Below are positions 40,065-49,391 of a stretch of DNA of 64,000 nt, piece after piece. The position numbers and the translations under genes were made by a program. Position 1 is the first letter of the stretch; every line of letters begins with the position of its first letter. The notes under the pieces were generated by a model. It did no database searches, was not told the DNA's origin, and worked only from the letters and a program-made list of their open reading frames with translations. Origin of the DNA: an uncultured Bacteroidia bacterium (lineage in GTDB: Bacteria > Bacteroidota > Bacteroidia > NS11-12g > UBA955); the NCBI GenBank assembly GCA_938086785.1, contig CALKCM010000005.1, positions 501-64,500 on the forward strand, given 5' to 3'.

Positions 40065-41080
40065 TGCTTGTGAACTATTATACATTGAACAGGCAAGTGG
40101 TCGCTATACCCGTCTAAAAACCTGCCTCCAGCCAAGGCTCTTGCAGGATAACCCTTATACTTTCCGGATTGCTGTATCAAGTAATCTGGTTTAAAAAGAC
40201 CAAAGCTATTTTGCTTGTATTGATATTTAGAAGTGCCATCGATTAGGTTTGGTGAAAGTATTATGTGATCTAACATGTTCCAGCTGCCCCTATAGCAATG
40301 GCTGCCCTCCTTAGCAGAGTTTATAGTTGCTGCTAGGTCATAAGACGAACAAGATGTTTTTTCTGAATTTGGATTACATGACCCAAGAATGTGAGCGACA
40401 CTGCTATCTGAAGGACCATCATTTAAGTCACCCATAATGATAAAGGGATGTTTTGTTTTATTCACTGCATCACGCAAAGTTCTTGCGGCTTTAAACCTGT
40501 TGGGGTTTGATGCGATCAGGCCCCCTCTTCTACTGGGCCAATGATTTACAAATACGGCTATAGTATCCTTTGCATCATGAGACCTGAGCACAACCTTAAG
40601 TATATCTCGCGTTTTATCATTGTCTGCCAGTTTTACCGGAATGGCTTGACTCGAAATGGCTTTGTACAACAAGGCATTGTAAAGTAAGGCGACATCTATT
40701 CCCCTCTCATCTGGTGATTCCTGATGAACAATGGCATGAATTGTTAAGGATTTACAGGTCGATTTCAAATCTTCAAGCACCTCCCTATTTTCCACTTCAC
40801 ACAGCCCTATTATATCAGCCTTTATATCATTCATCGCAAAAGATAGATTAATTACTTTTTTTGCATATCGAATGGAATCCCAATGATTATATCCTTCTGG
40901 TGTAAAGTCATCATCATACGTGCTATCATTTATGGTATCAAAGAGATTTTCTACATTCCAAAAAGCAACTTTAGTAGTATCGCTGCTAATAATAGAGACT
41001 GCAGACTGATGTGTTTTGGACTGGTTAACTCCACAAGATGCTGCAAGAATAAAAAAGCTAATGATGATGATTCGTCTCAT
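40061..41080 (-). CDS. endonuclease/exonuclease/phosphatase (EEP) family lipoprotein
   Basis: Lipobox (FILAASC). EEP motifs present (WNVENLF, GLCEVEN, GDLND, SDHLPV). Confidence 0.75.
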   Translation of the reverse strand: MRRIIIISFFILAASCGVNQSKTHQSAVSIISSDTTKVAFWNVENLFDTINDSTYDDDFTPEGYNHWDSIRYAKKVINLSFAMNDIKADIIGLCEVENREVLEDLKSTCKSLTIHAIVHQESPDERGIDVALLYNALLYKAISSQAIPVKLADNDKTRDILKVVLRSHDAKDTIAVFVNHWPSRRGGLIASNPNRFKAARTLRDAVNKTKHPFIIMGDLNDGPSDSSVAHILGSCNPNSEKTSCSSYDLAATINSAKEGSHCYRGSWNMLDHIILSPNLIDGTSKYQYKQNSFGLFKPDYLIQQSGKYKGYPARALAGGRFLDGYSDHLPVQCIIVHKQ

Positions 41081-41148
41081 TTCAAATGCAAATGTATGGA
41101 AACCATGATAGAATTTCAGTAGTTTTGCGGAAGGCCAAGGTATTTTAT

Positions 41149-42021
41149 ATGATCGTCACAAAATGGATTCTTATCCCTCTGCTATTGCTTCTGAGTAGAC
41201 TGCCCTTTTTTATGCTATATGGCATAAGTAATGTATTGTATCTCATAGGTTATAAAGTTATTGGCTACAGGAAAAAAGTAGTTCGTGATAACTTAAATTC
41301 CTGCTTTCCTAACAAATCAAAACAGGAACGATTACTCATCGAAAAGAAGTTTTACAGACACCTATTCGACATTATTGTGGAGACCATTAAAGGATTTACA
41401 ATCTCAGAGAAGGAGCTCAAGAAAAGGTATGTTCTCATAGAGAATACTGAAATCGATCGACTGTACGACGAAAAGAGAAAAATAATGGGCGTCATGTCGC
41501 ATAAAGGCAATTGGGAATGGGCTATTGTTTCTGGCCCGCTAATTCTTAAAACCAGGACCTTTGGTGTTTATAAAAAGCTAAGCAACGCTTCTATGGAGAC
41601 GTTTATGAGAATCAAAAGAGGCCGCTTTGGAAGCATTCCTGTGCCCATGGAAAAAATATACTTTACTCTGAGAGAGGCGAAAGAACGTCCCTTAATTGCT
41701 GCCTTTATATCTGACCAGAACCCAGCGAGTCCTAAAAATGCATACTGGACAAGTTTTTTAGGGAAAGAAACTGCATTCATGCCGGGATATGCAGTTATTG
41801 CCAAGAAACTAGATATGGCTGTAATTAGCACTAAAATAGAAAAAGTAAAAAGAGGATTTTACGAAGTTAGAACTGTAATTGTTACAGAAAATGCAAAAGA
41901 AATGAGCAAGGATGAAATTATGGAACGAACGTGTAAAATCATGGAGGAAGACATTCTTGAACACCCAGAGCACTGGCTATGGAGCCATAGACGTTGGAAA
42001 CACAAAAAACCTTTAACATAG
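41149..42021 (+). CDS. lysophospholipid / lipid A late acyltransferase (LpxL/HtrB family)
   Basis: N-terminal TM anchor and a conserved H(x4)W-type motif (SHKGNWEW). Length and layout fit the lauroyl acyltransferase family. Confidence 0.7.
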   Translation: MIVTKWILIPLLLLLSRLPFFMLYGISNVLYLIGYKVIGYRKKVVRDNLNSCFPNKSKQERLLIEKKFYRHLFDIIVETIKGFTISEKELKKRYVLIENTEIDRLYDEKRKIMGVMSHKGNWEWAIVSGPLILKTRTFGVYKKLSNASMETFMRIKRGRFGSIPVPMEKIYFTLREAKERPLIAAFISDQNPASPKNAYWTSFLGKETAFMPGYAVIAKKLDMAVISTKIEKVKRGFYEVRTVIVTENAKEMSKDEIMERTCKIMEEDILEHPEHWLWSHRRWKHKKPLT

Positions 42022-42064
42022 CATATTTGCTTGCTTTATTGTATTATTGCGAAGTAAAAAGAAG

Positions 42065-42403
42065 ATGAAAATTAAATCTTTTGATAGTTTTAATGAGAAG
42101 CTTGTTCACCTCGCCAAGGTTCAAAAAGCAATGGGACACCCCGCGCGCTTGGCTATAATGAGCTCATTAAAAAAGAATCCTGGACAATCGGTAAAACAAA
42201 TTGTAGATCAACTCCCCTTCTCTCAAAGTACCGTATCGCAACATCTGTATAGGTTGAGGTCTGTTTCTTTGGTGGACGCTGTGCCTTTTAAGACAGCCAC
42301 TATATATAGCTTAAATGAGGACAAAATCGAATCCTACAAAGCTGCTTTTGGAGCTGCGTTTAAGCATAATAAAAATAAAAAACAATTGTCTTTGTTTGAT
42401 TAA
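42065..42403 (+). CDS. ArsR/SmtB-family winged-helix transcriptional regulator
   Basis: KAMGHPARLAIMSSL ... SVKQIVDQLPFSQSTVSQHLYRL is a typical ArsR HTH. Confidence 0.75.
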   Translation: MKIKSFDSFNEKLVHLAKVQKAMGHPARLAIMSSLKKNPGQSVKQIVDQLPFSQSTVSQHLYRLRSVSLVDAVPFKTATIYSLNEDKIESYKAAFGAAFKHNKNKKQLSLFD

Positions 42404-42759
42404 ACCAAGGAATCTAAACGGTTTGCTATAGATTTTAATCGAGATGTATAACTCTGATAGTTTACATCGTGAAGCAATTGTAATTCTGCAATAGAATCAT
42501 TAACAATACTTTTTAAGTTACTAGAACTTTCGTCTTTAAACATGATACCTAAGCCGGTTAGAAGCCAGTCTCCTGATACTTTTGGGTAAATACGTGCGAT
42601 ACTTATAACCATATCTATACTCGGCTTATTGCGCTTTGAGGCTATATGACTCAACACAGATGGATTAATCCCTATGGATTCAGCAAAGGCTGCCTTACTT
42701 AGTTTTAAGTACTTCATTAAAAACAGCACTCTGTCATTGATATCTTCACTACTTTGCAT
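42400..42759 (-). CDS. XRE-family HTH regulator of the bacteroidotal WLLTG type
   Basis: HTH_3-like N-domain (LKLSKAAFAESIGINPSVLSHIASKRNKPSIDMVISIARIYPKVSGDWLLTG) plus a short helical C-tail. Confidence 0.7.
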   Translation of the reverse strand: MQSSEDINDRVLFLMKYLKLSKAAFAESIGINPSVLSHIASKRNKPSIDMVISIARIYPKVSGDWLLTGLGIMFKDESSSNLKSIVNDSIAELQLLHDVNYQSYTSRLKSIANRLDSLV

Positions 42760-42761
42760 TG

Positions 42762-42820
42762 CTTACAAATGTAAGTAATTGGCTTTACATTTGTAAATTC
42801 CTGAGTCTTACATATGTAAA
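42762..42820. promoter_or_regulatory. array of three palindromic operator-like sites (TTACA-N2-TGTAA) directly upstream of the XRE gene
   Basis: cTTACAaaTGTAAg at 42762..42775, tTTACAttTGTAAa at 42784..42797 and cTTACAtaTGTAAa at 42807..42820. The 12-mers start 22 and 23 bp apart. The proximal site reads TACATTTG on the gene strand, matching TAnnTTTG. Confidence 0.5.
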
Positions 42821-43063
42821 TATATTAAACGCTAAGTATGATATACGCATAGCATCATGCCTTCTAATTATAATTAATCAGCAGGCTCTTATTAACTCAT
42901 TACAAATAAGTTATGATTAGTAAAATATCATTTTAATATAAAGTGAAACTCTTTTAATACAACAGTCTGTATCTAAACAACCCTGTGTGTTTTAAACATT
43001 TCAAATGTAAGGATATGAGTGAGTGAGCCAAAGGCGCCAAACAGATAAAGCGTGTATTTTTCG

Positions 43064-44107
43064 TCAATCCTTTACGCAATGAGCTTTAAGAAACTCTTTT
43101 GCTTTTGCATTTCCCAATAATGCGCTTTTTTGCCAATCTCCGCAAGCTTGGTTATATTTCTTTAAGTTAAAATATGCAATCCCTCTCCCTAAGTAGGCAT
43201 AGGCTGGCTGAGCATTCCTTTTTCGAACACTTTTAGAAAGGACATCCAGGGCTTCTGAATATAATTCGAGCTGCAAGTAACAATGGCCGATATCTGCCCA
43301 CAGCGCATAATCTGAAGAATCCGAGGCCATTATTTTTTGGTATAGGACTAAAGCATTCTCATATTCTTTTAAAAAAAACAAATTATCTGCCTTTAATTTT
43401 AAGGGCCCCCACCCTTCGGGATTATTTAATAAAAACAAATTTAGCTTTTCATTAGATTCTTTATAATTTCCTGACTTGCTAAGAATAAGAGCATTTACTA
43501 TATACAGTTGCTCTTCATTCACTTCAGGTTTAAGAGATAGCCTGTTCAAGAGATTCGTTGCTGAGTCTAACTTATTTGATTTTGCATAAACCTCAGCCAA
43601 AGCAATTTGCAAATCAATGTCATTCTCCTTTTCATTTAGCACATGGATCAGATCACCAATTGCCACATCATAATATTCCATTTTTACGGCTAATTCTGCT
43701 CGCAATACATAAGCCACTAGGTCTTTTGGGTTCAGTTTGATATAACTATTAATGTCTCCCATCGCAAATTCGTAGTTCTCTGCTTCTTGATGCAAAGCAT
43801 ATCTATTAAAATACGCATCAGCAATGGCATCGTTTGAATAAATAAGAGCATTTAAATCTACAAGAGCAAGGCCAGGCTTGCCGATTCCAACGAAAGCAAC
43901 AGATCGATTATTTAAGGCAACAGCATTTCCCTTATCCAATTTTAAGACATTTGTATAACACTCAATAGATTTTCTATAATCTCCAATGCTATCATAAAAA
44001 CCCCCTTTATTTAACCATTCGTTCTTATCCTGCCCGTATCCCTGAACAAAAACCATGAGCAAAAAAGAGAGTCCTCCTATTTTTAAATACTGCAACTGCT
44101 TTTTCAT
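43064..44107 (-). CDS. secreted TPR-repeat protein
   Basis: Signal peptide from the ATG at 44107 (MKKQLQYLKIGGLSFLLMVFVQGYGQ). Multiple TPR-like repeats (A..Y..G.AY...). Confidence 0.6.
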   Translation of the reverse strand: MKKQLQYLKIGGLSFLLMVFVQGYGQDKNEWLNKGGFYDSIGDYRKSIECYTNVLKLDKGNAVALNNRSVAFVGIGKPGLALVDLNALIYSNDAIADAYFNRYALHQEAENYEFAMGDINSYIKLNPKDLVAYVLRAELAVKMEYYDVAIGDLIHVLNEKENDIDLQIALAEVYAKSNKLDSATNLLNRLSLKPEVNEEQLYIVNALILSKSGNYKESNEKLNLFLLNNPEGWGPLKLKADNLFFLKEYENALVLYQKIMASDSSDYALWADIGHCYLQLELYSEALDVLSKSVRKRNAQPAYAYLGRGIAYFNLKKYNQACGDWQKSALLGNAKAKEFLKAHCVKD

Positions 44108-44597
44108 TAACAATCTATTTGCTACAATAATCGATTCAAATAGCAATAAATCCTAACACAAAATATCAACGAAGCCTCGAAAAAAACCTTATTCAAGAGT
44201 TGCAAAAGATAGGCATTCCTCAAGCCAACCTAAAAATTGGAGATTCCCTGTTAAATTTTGCTTTAACAGCAGGAGTCACTGCAAGCACTCTTGTGAGCTC
44301 ATTTATAGACTCTTACCTTCTTTTATTCATTGCATTTTACATTGGGAAATGATTTGAATTAAAAGGGGTGCTCCAGATTGGCACGCTTAATGACATATAT
44401 AAATATATAGTTGCCTTTGCGCTCATTCTACTTTTAAACGCCATTAATTTTTTCATTGAAAAGTTTCTTGGAAAAGTCAAAAGTGAACACTTAAAAAAAA
44501 CAGCCTTAAACCAATAAAAAATGACATTAAAAAATACCTTATTACATTTCAGTAACAATCTATTCATCATTTTTAATGTTACTTTGCAGCGCAGAAT

Positions 44598-46667
44598 ATG
44601 AACATAAACAAGCTCCTTTTAACGGCAATGGGCTCATTATTAATGAGTTCAAGTTTCGCTCAAAGTCACCAATGTGGCACAGATTCTTATGCAGATTTGA
44701 TGAAAGGAAGAGATTCCTCCTTACATCAGAAGGAAAAGGATTGGAATATTTTTGCGAAAGCGTTTAAAAATGTGGATCGTAGAGCAAGTAAGTATATTAT
44801 CCCTGTTGTTTTTCATGTAATTCATACAAACGGAGATGGCAATATTTCCAAAGAGCAAATAGAAGATCAAATACGTGTAATTAATGAGGATTTTTCATTG
44901 ACAAATGCAAACAAATCAGGCATTAGAGCGCCTTTTATCAATGATGCCACGAACATGGAAATTGAGTTTAGATTGGCAAAAATAGATCCGAGTGGCAATT
45001 GTACGAATGGCATTAATAGAGTCTTTAGTCCTTTCACGAATAATTCATCCCAAAGCACAGAGGAGATAAAATCTTTGGATGGAGTCCAATGGAATTACCA
45101 GCAGTATTTAAATATTTATGTGGTGAATAGCATTGAGAATAGTTCTGGAACGGGAACCACTTTAGGATATGCTACACTGCCATTTGGAACCAGCGCCAAT
45201 AGAGACGGAATTGTTCTTAGACATGACCGCTTGGGAACCATAGGTTCTGCTATCGGCTCCGGTGATGGAGGAAGAACACTCACCCATGAAATTGGGCACT
45301 GGCTTGGGCTATTTCATACTTTTCAAGGCGGATGTTCAGGCTTTGGTGATGGCTGTGACGATACCCCACCTGTACTTTCTACATTTACAAATGCAGGTTG
45401 CCCTAGCAATGGGAACTCCTGTAATTCAGACAGTCCAGATAGGATAGATATGTGGGAAAACTACATGGATTACTCAAGAGGTACATGCATGGCAATGTTC
45501 ACCAATGACCAAAAAACAAGGGTTTATAGTTCTTTAGCAAGATCACCACGAAGTAATTTATATCGTTCCTCAAACTTAATTGCAACAGGTGTTCAAGATG
45601 GCACTGGCACCCCTCAAGCATACTTCTCATCAAACCAAAGAATCATTTGCACTGGATCACCAGTAACATTTTTTGACAATTCTTGCAAAGCAAATGTAGA
45701 TTCAAGAATATGGACTTTTGAAGGAGGAACACCCAACGGAACAACAATAGAAAGTCCTGCAGTTATATATAACACTCCGGGAAAATATGCAGTAAAACTT
45801 CAAGTCACCAATAGCTCAGGCAGTACAATTGCAAATGAAACAGAATATATTACTGTGATAGATGCAAAGGGACAGGCTCCAAAATATTTTGAAACCTTTG
45901 AAAATGTCGCTGGTCCTGATTTTAAAATTACACCTGTTTTTAAAACGGGTTCTCAATGGGAAGAAAACACTTCTGTGGGGTATAAAAGCCAAAAATGTTA
46001 TCAAGCTAGGGTTTCAAGCAGCACTACAATGGGAACTGTTTACAGCATTCAACTCCCTCCCGTAAATTTAAAAGAAATGCAAGGACAGCAGCCGCGCTTA
46101 AGTTTCTTTACATCTTATGCACCGCATACAAGCGCCACAAATACAGAAACACTGAAAGTCTTAATTTCCACAGATTGTGGGCATAGCTTCCAACCTTTTA
46201 TACAAAGATTAGGTGCAGGTTTGGCATACCTGCGTGCACCGCAAGTAGAAAATTTTGTCCCAACATCTGACGATCAATGGAAATTGATAAACTTTTCTCT
46301 GACAAAATTTGATTCAGTAGAATCTGCTATTTTTAGATTTGATGTTGAAACTAGAGGGGGTAATTCGGTGTATATCGATGACATCAATATAGGGAGATTC
46401 GCATCATCTACAAACGATATCCCGTCTTTGGGTATGAGTATTTTTCCAAACCCGACTGAATCAGATGTTACCATACGCTTAGACAAGGAACAATGGATAC
46501 AATCTGTAATTATAAGGGATTGCGCAGGCAAGATTGTCGATGTTCAGGAAGTGAACACCTTCTCATCAAGTACACAATTTAAAAATAAAAAGAACCTAAA
46601 AGGCTTATATCTTGTTTCTATAAATACATCATTAGGAAAGAGTACAAGCTCAATAATATTTGAATAA
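44598..46667 (+). CDS. secreted M43 (pappalysin/cytophagalysin-like) zinc metalloprotease with a PKD domain and a T9SS C-terminal sorting domain
   Basis: Signal peptide present. HEIGHWLGLFHTF zinc motif, downstream Met-turn region, PKD-like segment (FEGGTPNGTT..YNTPGKYAVKLQVTNSSG). The C-terminal SIFPNPT... is a T9SS signature. Confidence 0.8.
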   Translation: MNINKLLLTAMGSLLMSSSFAQSHQCGTDSYADLMKGRDSSLHQKEKDWNIFAKAFKNVDRRASKYIIPVVFHVIHTNGDGNISKEQIEDQIRVINEDFSLTNANKSGIRAPFINDATNMEIEFRLAKIDPSGNCTNGINRVFSPFTNNSSQSTEEIKSLDGVQWNYQQYLNIYVVNSIENSSGTGTTLGYATLPFGTSANRDGIVLRHDRLGTIGSAIGSGDGGRTLTHEIGHWLGLFHTFQGGCSGFGDGCDDTPPVLSTFTNAGCPSNGNSCNSDSPDRIDMWENYMDYSRGTCMAMFTNDQKTRVYSSLARSPRSNLYRSSNLIATGVQDGTGTPQAYFSSNQRIICTGSPVTFFDNSCKANVDSRIWTFEGGTPNGTTIESPAVIYNTPGKYAVKLQVTNSSGSTIANETEYITVIDAKGQAPKYFETFENVAGPDFKITPVFKTGSQWEENTSVGYKSQKCYQARVSSSTTMGTVYSIQLPPVNLKEMQGQQPRLSFFTSYAPHTSATNTETLKVLISTDCGHSFQPFIQRLGAGLAYLRAPQVENFVPTSDDQWKLINFSLTKFDSVESAIFRFDVETRGGNSVYIDDINIGRFASSTNDIPSLGMSIFPNPTESDVTIRLDKEQWIQSVIIRDCAGKIVDVQEVNTFSSSTQFKNKKNLKGLYLVSINTSLGKSTSSIIFE

Positions 46668-49258
46668 TGGCAAAAAACTTAGTAATTGTAGAGTCCCCGG
46701 CAAAGGCCAAAACGATTGAAAAATATCTTGGAAAGGACTTTAAAGTAACCTCCAGTATGGGACATGTGCGAGACCTGTCTAAAGGAGATAAAGCGATCGA
46801 CATTGAGAATAGCTTCAAACCCTCTTACGATGTTAGTCCAGACAAAAAAGAGCTGGTAAAGAATCTTAAGAAAATGGTTAAAGGTGTCGAAAATGTATGG
46901 CTAGCAACGGATGGGGATCGCGAAGGAGAGGCCATTTCTTGGCACTTAGCTGAAGTTTTAGGCCTTGATGCCAAAACCACGAAACGAATAGTTTTTAATG
47001 AAATCACCGAGCCCGCCATCAAAAAAGCCATCGGCAATCCAAGAATCATTGATTCATACCTTGTAGATGCCCAACAAGCGCGAAGGATATTAGATAGAAT
47101 TGTAGGTTTTGAACTATCTCCCGTTCTTTGGAAAAAAGTTAAATCTCAATTATCTGCAGGAAGAGTGCAGTCCGTAGCCGTGAGGCTTGTTGTTGAGCGA
47201 GAGCGTGAAATAAATACGTTTAATTCTAAAAGCTCTTATAAAGTGAAAGCCATCTTTACTCATGAGGGTAAAAATATTGAGGCAAACTGTTCTAAAGCAT
47301 TTGATACAGTTGACGCGGCAAAACTCTTTCTAGAAAGTATTTCTGGATCCGACTTTTCCGTGAAAAACATTGAGGTAAAGCCTGCATTTAGAAACCCAAC
47401 AGCTCCTTTTACAACAAGTACATTGCAGCAAGAAGCGAGTAGAAAATTAGGATATAGCGTAAGTAGAACCATGCAATTGGCTCAAAGGCTCTATGAGAAT
47501 GGTCACATTACATACATGCGAACAGACTCCGTTAATTTGAGCCAGACAGCCATTGATGGAGCAAAAAAGGCCATCGTAAATAGCTATGGTTCTGAATATT
47601 CAAATCCAAGGAAATTTAATACGAAGAACGAGAGCGCCCAAGAGGCTCACGAAGCCATAAGACCCACCTATTTTGATAGAACAGCTGCCGGAGATGACAA
47701 TGGACAGCAAAGATTGTACGACTTGATTTGGAAAAGAGCCATCTCTTCTCAAATGAGTCGTGCAGAATTAGAAAAAACAACCTTAACTATTGAAAGCAGT
47801 TCATCTGATATTCTTTTTAAAGCGCAAGGTGAAGTTATAAAGTTTGATGGTTTCCTTAAAGTTTACCTCGAGGGAAAAGACGATGAAGATGATGATGAGC
47901 AAAAAGGCCTTTTGCCCCCTGTTTCCATTGGCTCACAATTGGGATACAAAGAAATTATAGCCCAGGAAAAATTTAGTCGACCTCCGGCAAGATACACGGA
48001 AGCTAGTTTGGTAAAAAAGCTAGAAGAATTAGGCATTGGACGACCAAGTACCTACGCTCCTACTATTAGTACCGTTCAAAAAAGAGGATATGTTTTAAAT
48101 GAATCCAGAGATGGCAAACAAAGAGAAGTACACAATTTATTATTAAAAAACGACAGCATAGAGGATATCAAGGAAAAAGAGAATTTTGGTTTTGAAAAGC
48201 AAAAGCTCTTTCCTACCGATATTGGCATGATTGTTACAGATTTCTTAATTAAAAACTTTAATCCCATCATGGACTATGGTTTTACCGCATCTGTTGAAAA
48301 GGAGTTTGATGAAATTGCAGATGGCCTAAAATCATGGACAAATATGCTTGAAGGCTTTTATGGATCCTTCCATAAAATGGTTGAAACCACCACTGAAACT
48401 GCAGATAGAGCAACTGGAGAGCGCATCTTAGGAAAAGATCCGAAGACAGGAAAAGTGGTTCTTGTACGGATAGGTAGATACGGTCCTTTAGTTCAATTGG
48501 GTCAAAGAGAAGAGGGAGAAAAGGAAGGGGAAGAATCTGAAATTAAATTTGCGAGTCTGCAACCCACCCAAAGCATTGAGACCATCGATTTAACTGAAGC
48601 CTTAAAGCTTTTTTCACTTCCAAGAACTGTGGGAGAATATGAGGGACATGAGGTTGTAGTAAATGCAGGTCGTTACGGTCCATACATAAGGTATAACAGC
48701 AAGTTTCATAGTTTAGCTAGAGGAACTGACTTACTAGAAATACCTGAATCAGAGGTAATGGAACTGTTAAAAGTAGCGCTCGCGGCGCCACAGTACCCCC
48801 TTGAAATTGGAGAATACAACGGATTTGAGGTCACAGCAAATAAGGGAAGGTTTGGTCCATACCTTAAATACGATGATTTATTTGTTTCCATACCTAAGGA
48901 TGAAGCTCCCGAGGATATAAGTTTAGGCAGAGCCAAAGAATTAATCGATGTTAAAATCGAACAGGAAAAAGCAAAGCTATTGAAGACCTTTACAGAGGAT
49001 GCAAGCATAAAGATTGTAAAAGCAAGGTGGAGCCCTGTGATATCTGCAAATGGTGTAAAATACAAATTAGCCAAAGATGCAGATATAGAAAAAATGACCT
49101 TTGCAGATGTACAGAAGATTATGGAAGCACAAGAAGCTTCCGGGGCTGTGAAATCTAAAAAGAAAGCTCCTGCAAAAAAAACAAAGGCTAAACCTAAAAC
49201 AAAGGCTAAGGCTAAACCTAAAGCCAAAAAGAAAGTAGCTGCGAAAAAAAAGAAGTAA
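46667..49258 (+). CDS. topA: DNA topoisomerase I
   Basis: TOPRIM domain (LVIVESPAKAKTIEKYLG, ATDGDREGEAI) and active-site region (ITYMRTDS). The C-terminal GRYGPY-type repeats lack cysteines, and the tail is Lys-rich. Its ATG overlaps the upstream stop (TAATG). Confidence 0.95.
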   Translation: MAKNLVIVESPAKAKTIEKYLGKDFKVTSSMGHVRDLSKGDKAIDIENSFKPSYDVSPDKKELVKNLKKMVKGVENVWLATDGDREGEAISWHLAEVLGLDAKTTKRIVFNEITEPAIKKAIGNPRIIDSYLVDAQQARRILDRIVGFELSPVLWKKVKSQLSAGRVQSVAVRLVVEREREINTFNSKSSYKVKAIFTHEGKNIEANCSKAFDTVDAAKLFLESISGSDFSVKNIEVKPAFRNPTAPFTTSTLQQEASRKLGYSVSRTMQLAQRLYENGHITYMRTDSVNLSQTAIDGAKKAIVNSYGSEYSNPRKFNTKNESAQEAHEAIRPTYFDRTAAGDDNGQQRLYDLIWKRAISSQMSRAELEKTTLTIESSSSDILFKAQGEVIKFDGFLKVYLEGKDDEDDDEQKGLLPPVSIGSQLGYKEIIAQEKFSRPPARYTEASLVKKLEELGIGRPSTYAPTISTVQKRGYVLNESRDGKQREVHNLLLKNDSIEDIKEKENFGFEKQKLFPTDIGMIVTDFLIKNFNPIMDYGFTASVEKEFDEIADGLKSWTNMLEGFYGSFHKMVETTTETADRATGERILGKDPKTGKVVLVRIGRYGPLVQLGQREEGEKEGEESEIKFASLQPTQSIETIDLTEALKLFSLPRTVGEYEGHEVVVNAGRYGPYIRYNSKFHSLARGTDLLEIPESEVMELLKVALAAPQYPLEIGEYNGFEVTANKGRFGPYLKYDDLFVSIPKDEAPEDISLGRAKELIDVKIEQEKAKLLKTFTEDASIKIVKARWSPVISANGVKYKLAKDADIEKMTFADVQKIMEAQEASGAVKSKKKAPAKKTKAKPKTKAKAKPKAKKKVAAKKKK

Positions 49259-49391
49259 TGGCTCATTAGTGCGCCCTACTTATCTATTTACTGTTTATCT
49301 CCTGCTCCGCTTTTAAAGTTTCGGAGCGTTCTATGTTGATAATCTGCTCTAACACCTATTTACTTTTAACTAAATTTGCGTATTAAGAGTT

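Noticed and set aside
44131-44349. 72-codon open frame (…LEKNLIQELQKIGIPQANLKIGDSLLNFALTAGVTAS…) in the TPR/M43 spacer
   Set aside because: It has no ATG or GTG start, only an internal TTG. It could be a gene remnant, but I cannot support a call. It is mentioned under the direct-repeat finding instead.
44337-44767. 77-aa minus-strand and 63-aa plus-strand ORFs around the M43 protease start
   Set aside because: Their sequences are junk-like. The 63-aa ORF is an out-of-frame overlap with the protease 5' end.
48706-49266. 186-aa minus-strand ORF opposite the topA 3' end
   Set aside because: Its Phe/Ala/Leu-rich sequence is the reverse complement of the Lys-rich TopA tail (AAA/AAG read as TTT/CTT), so it is a shadow ORF.
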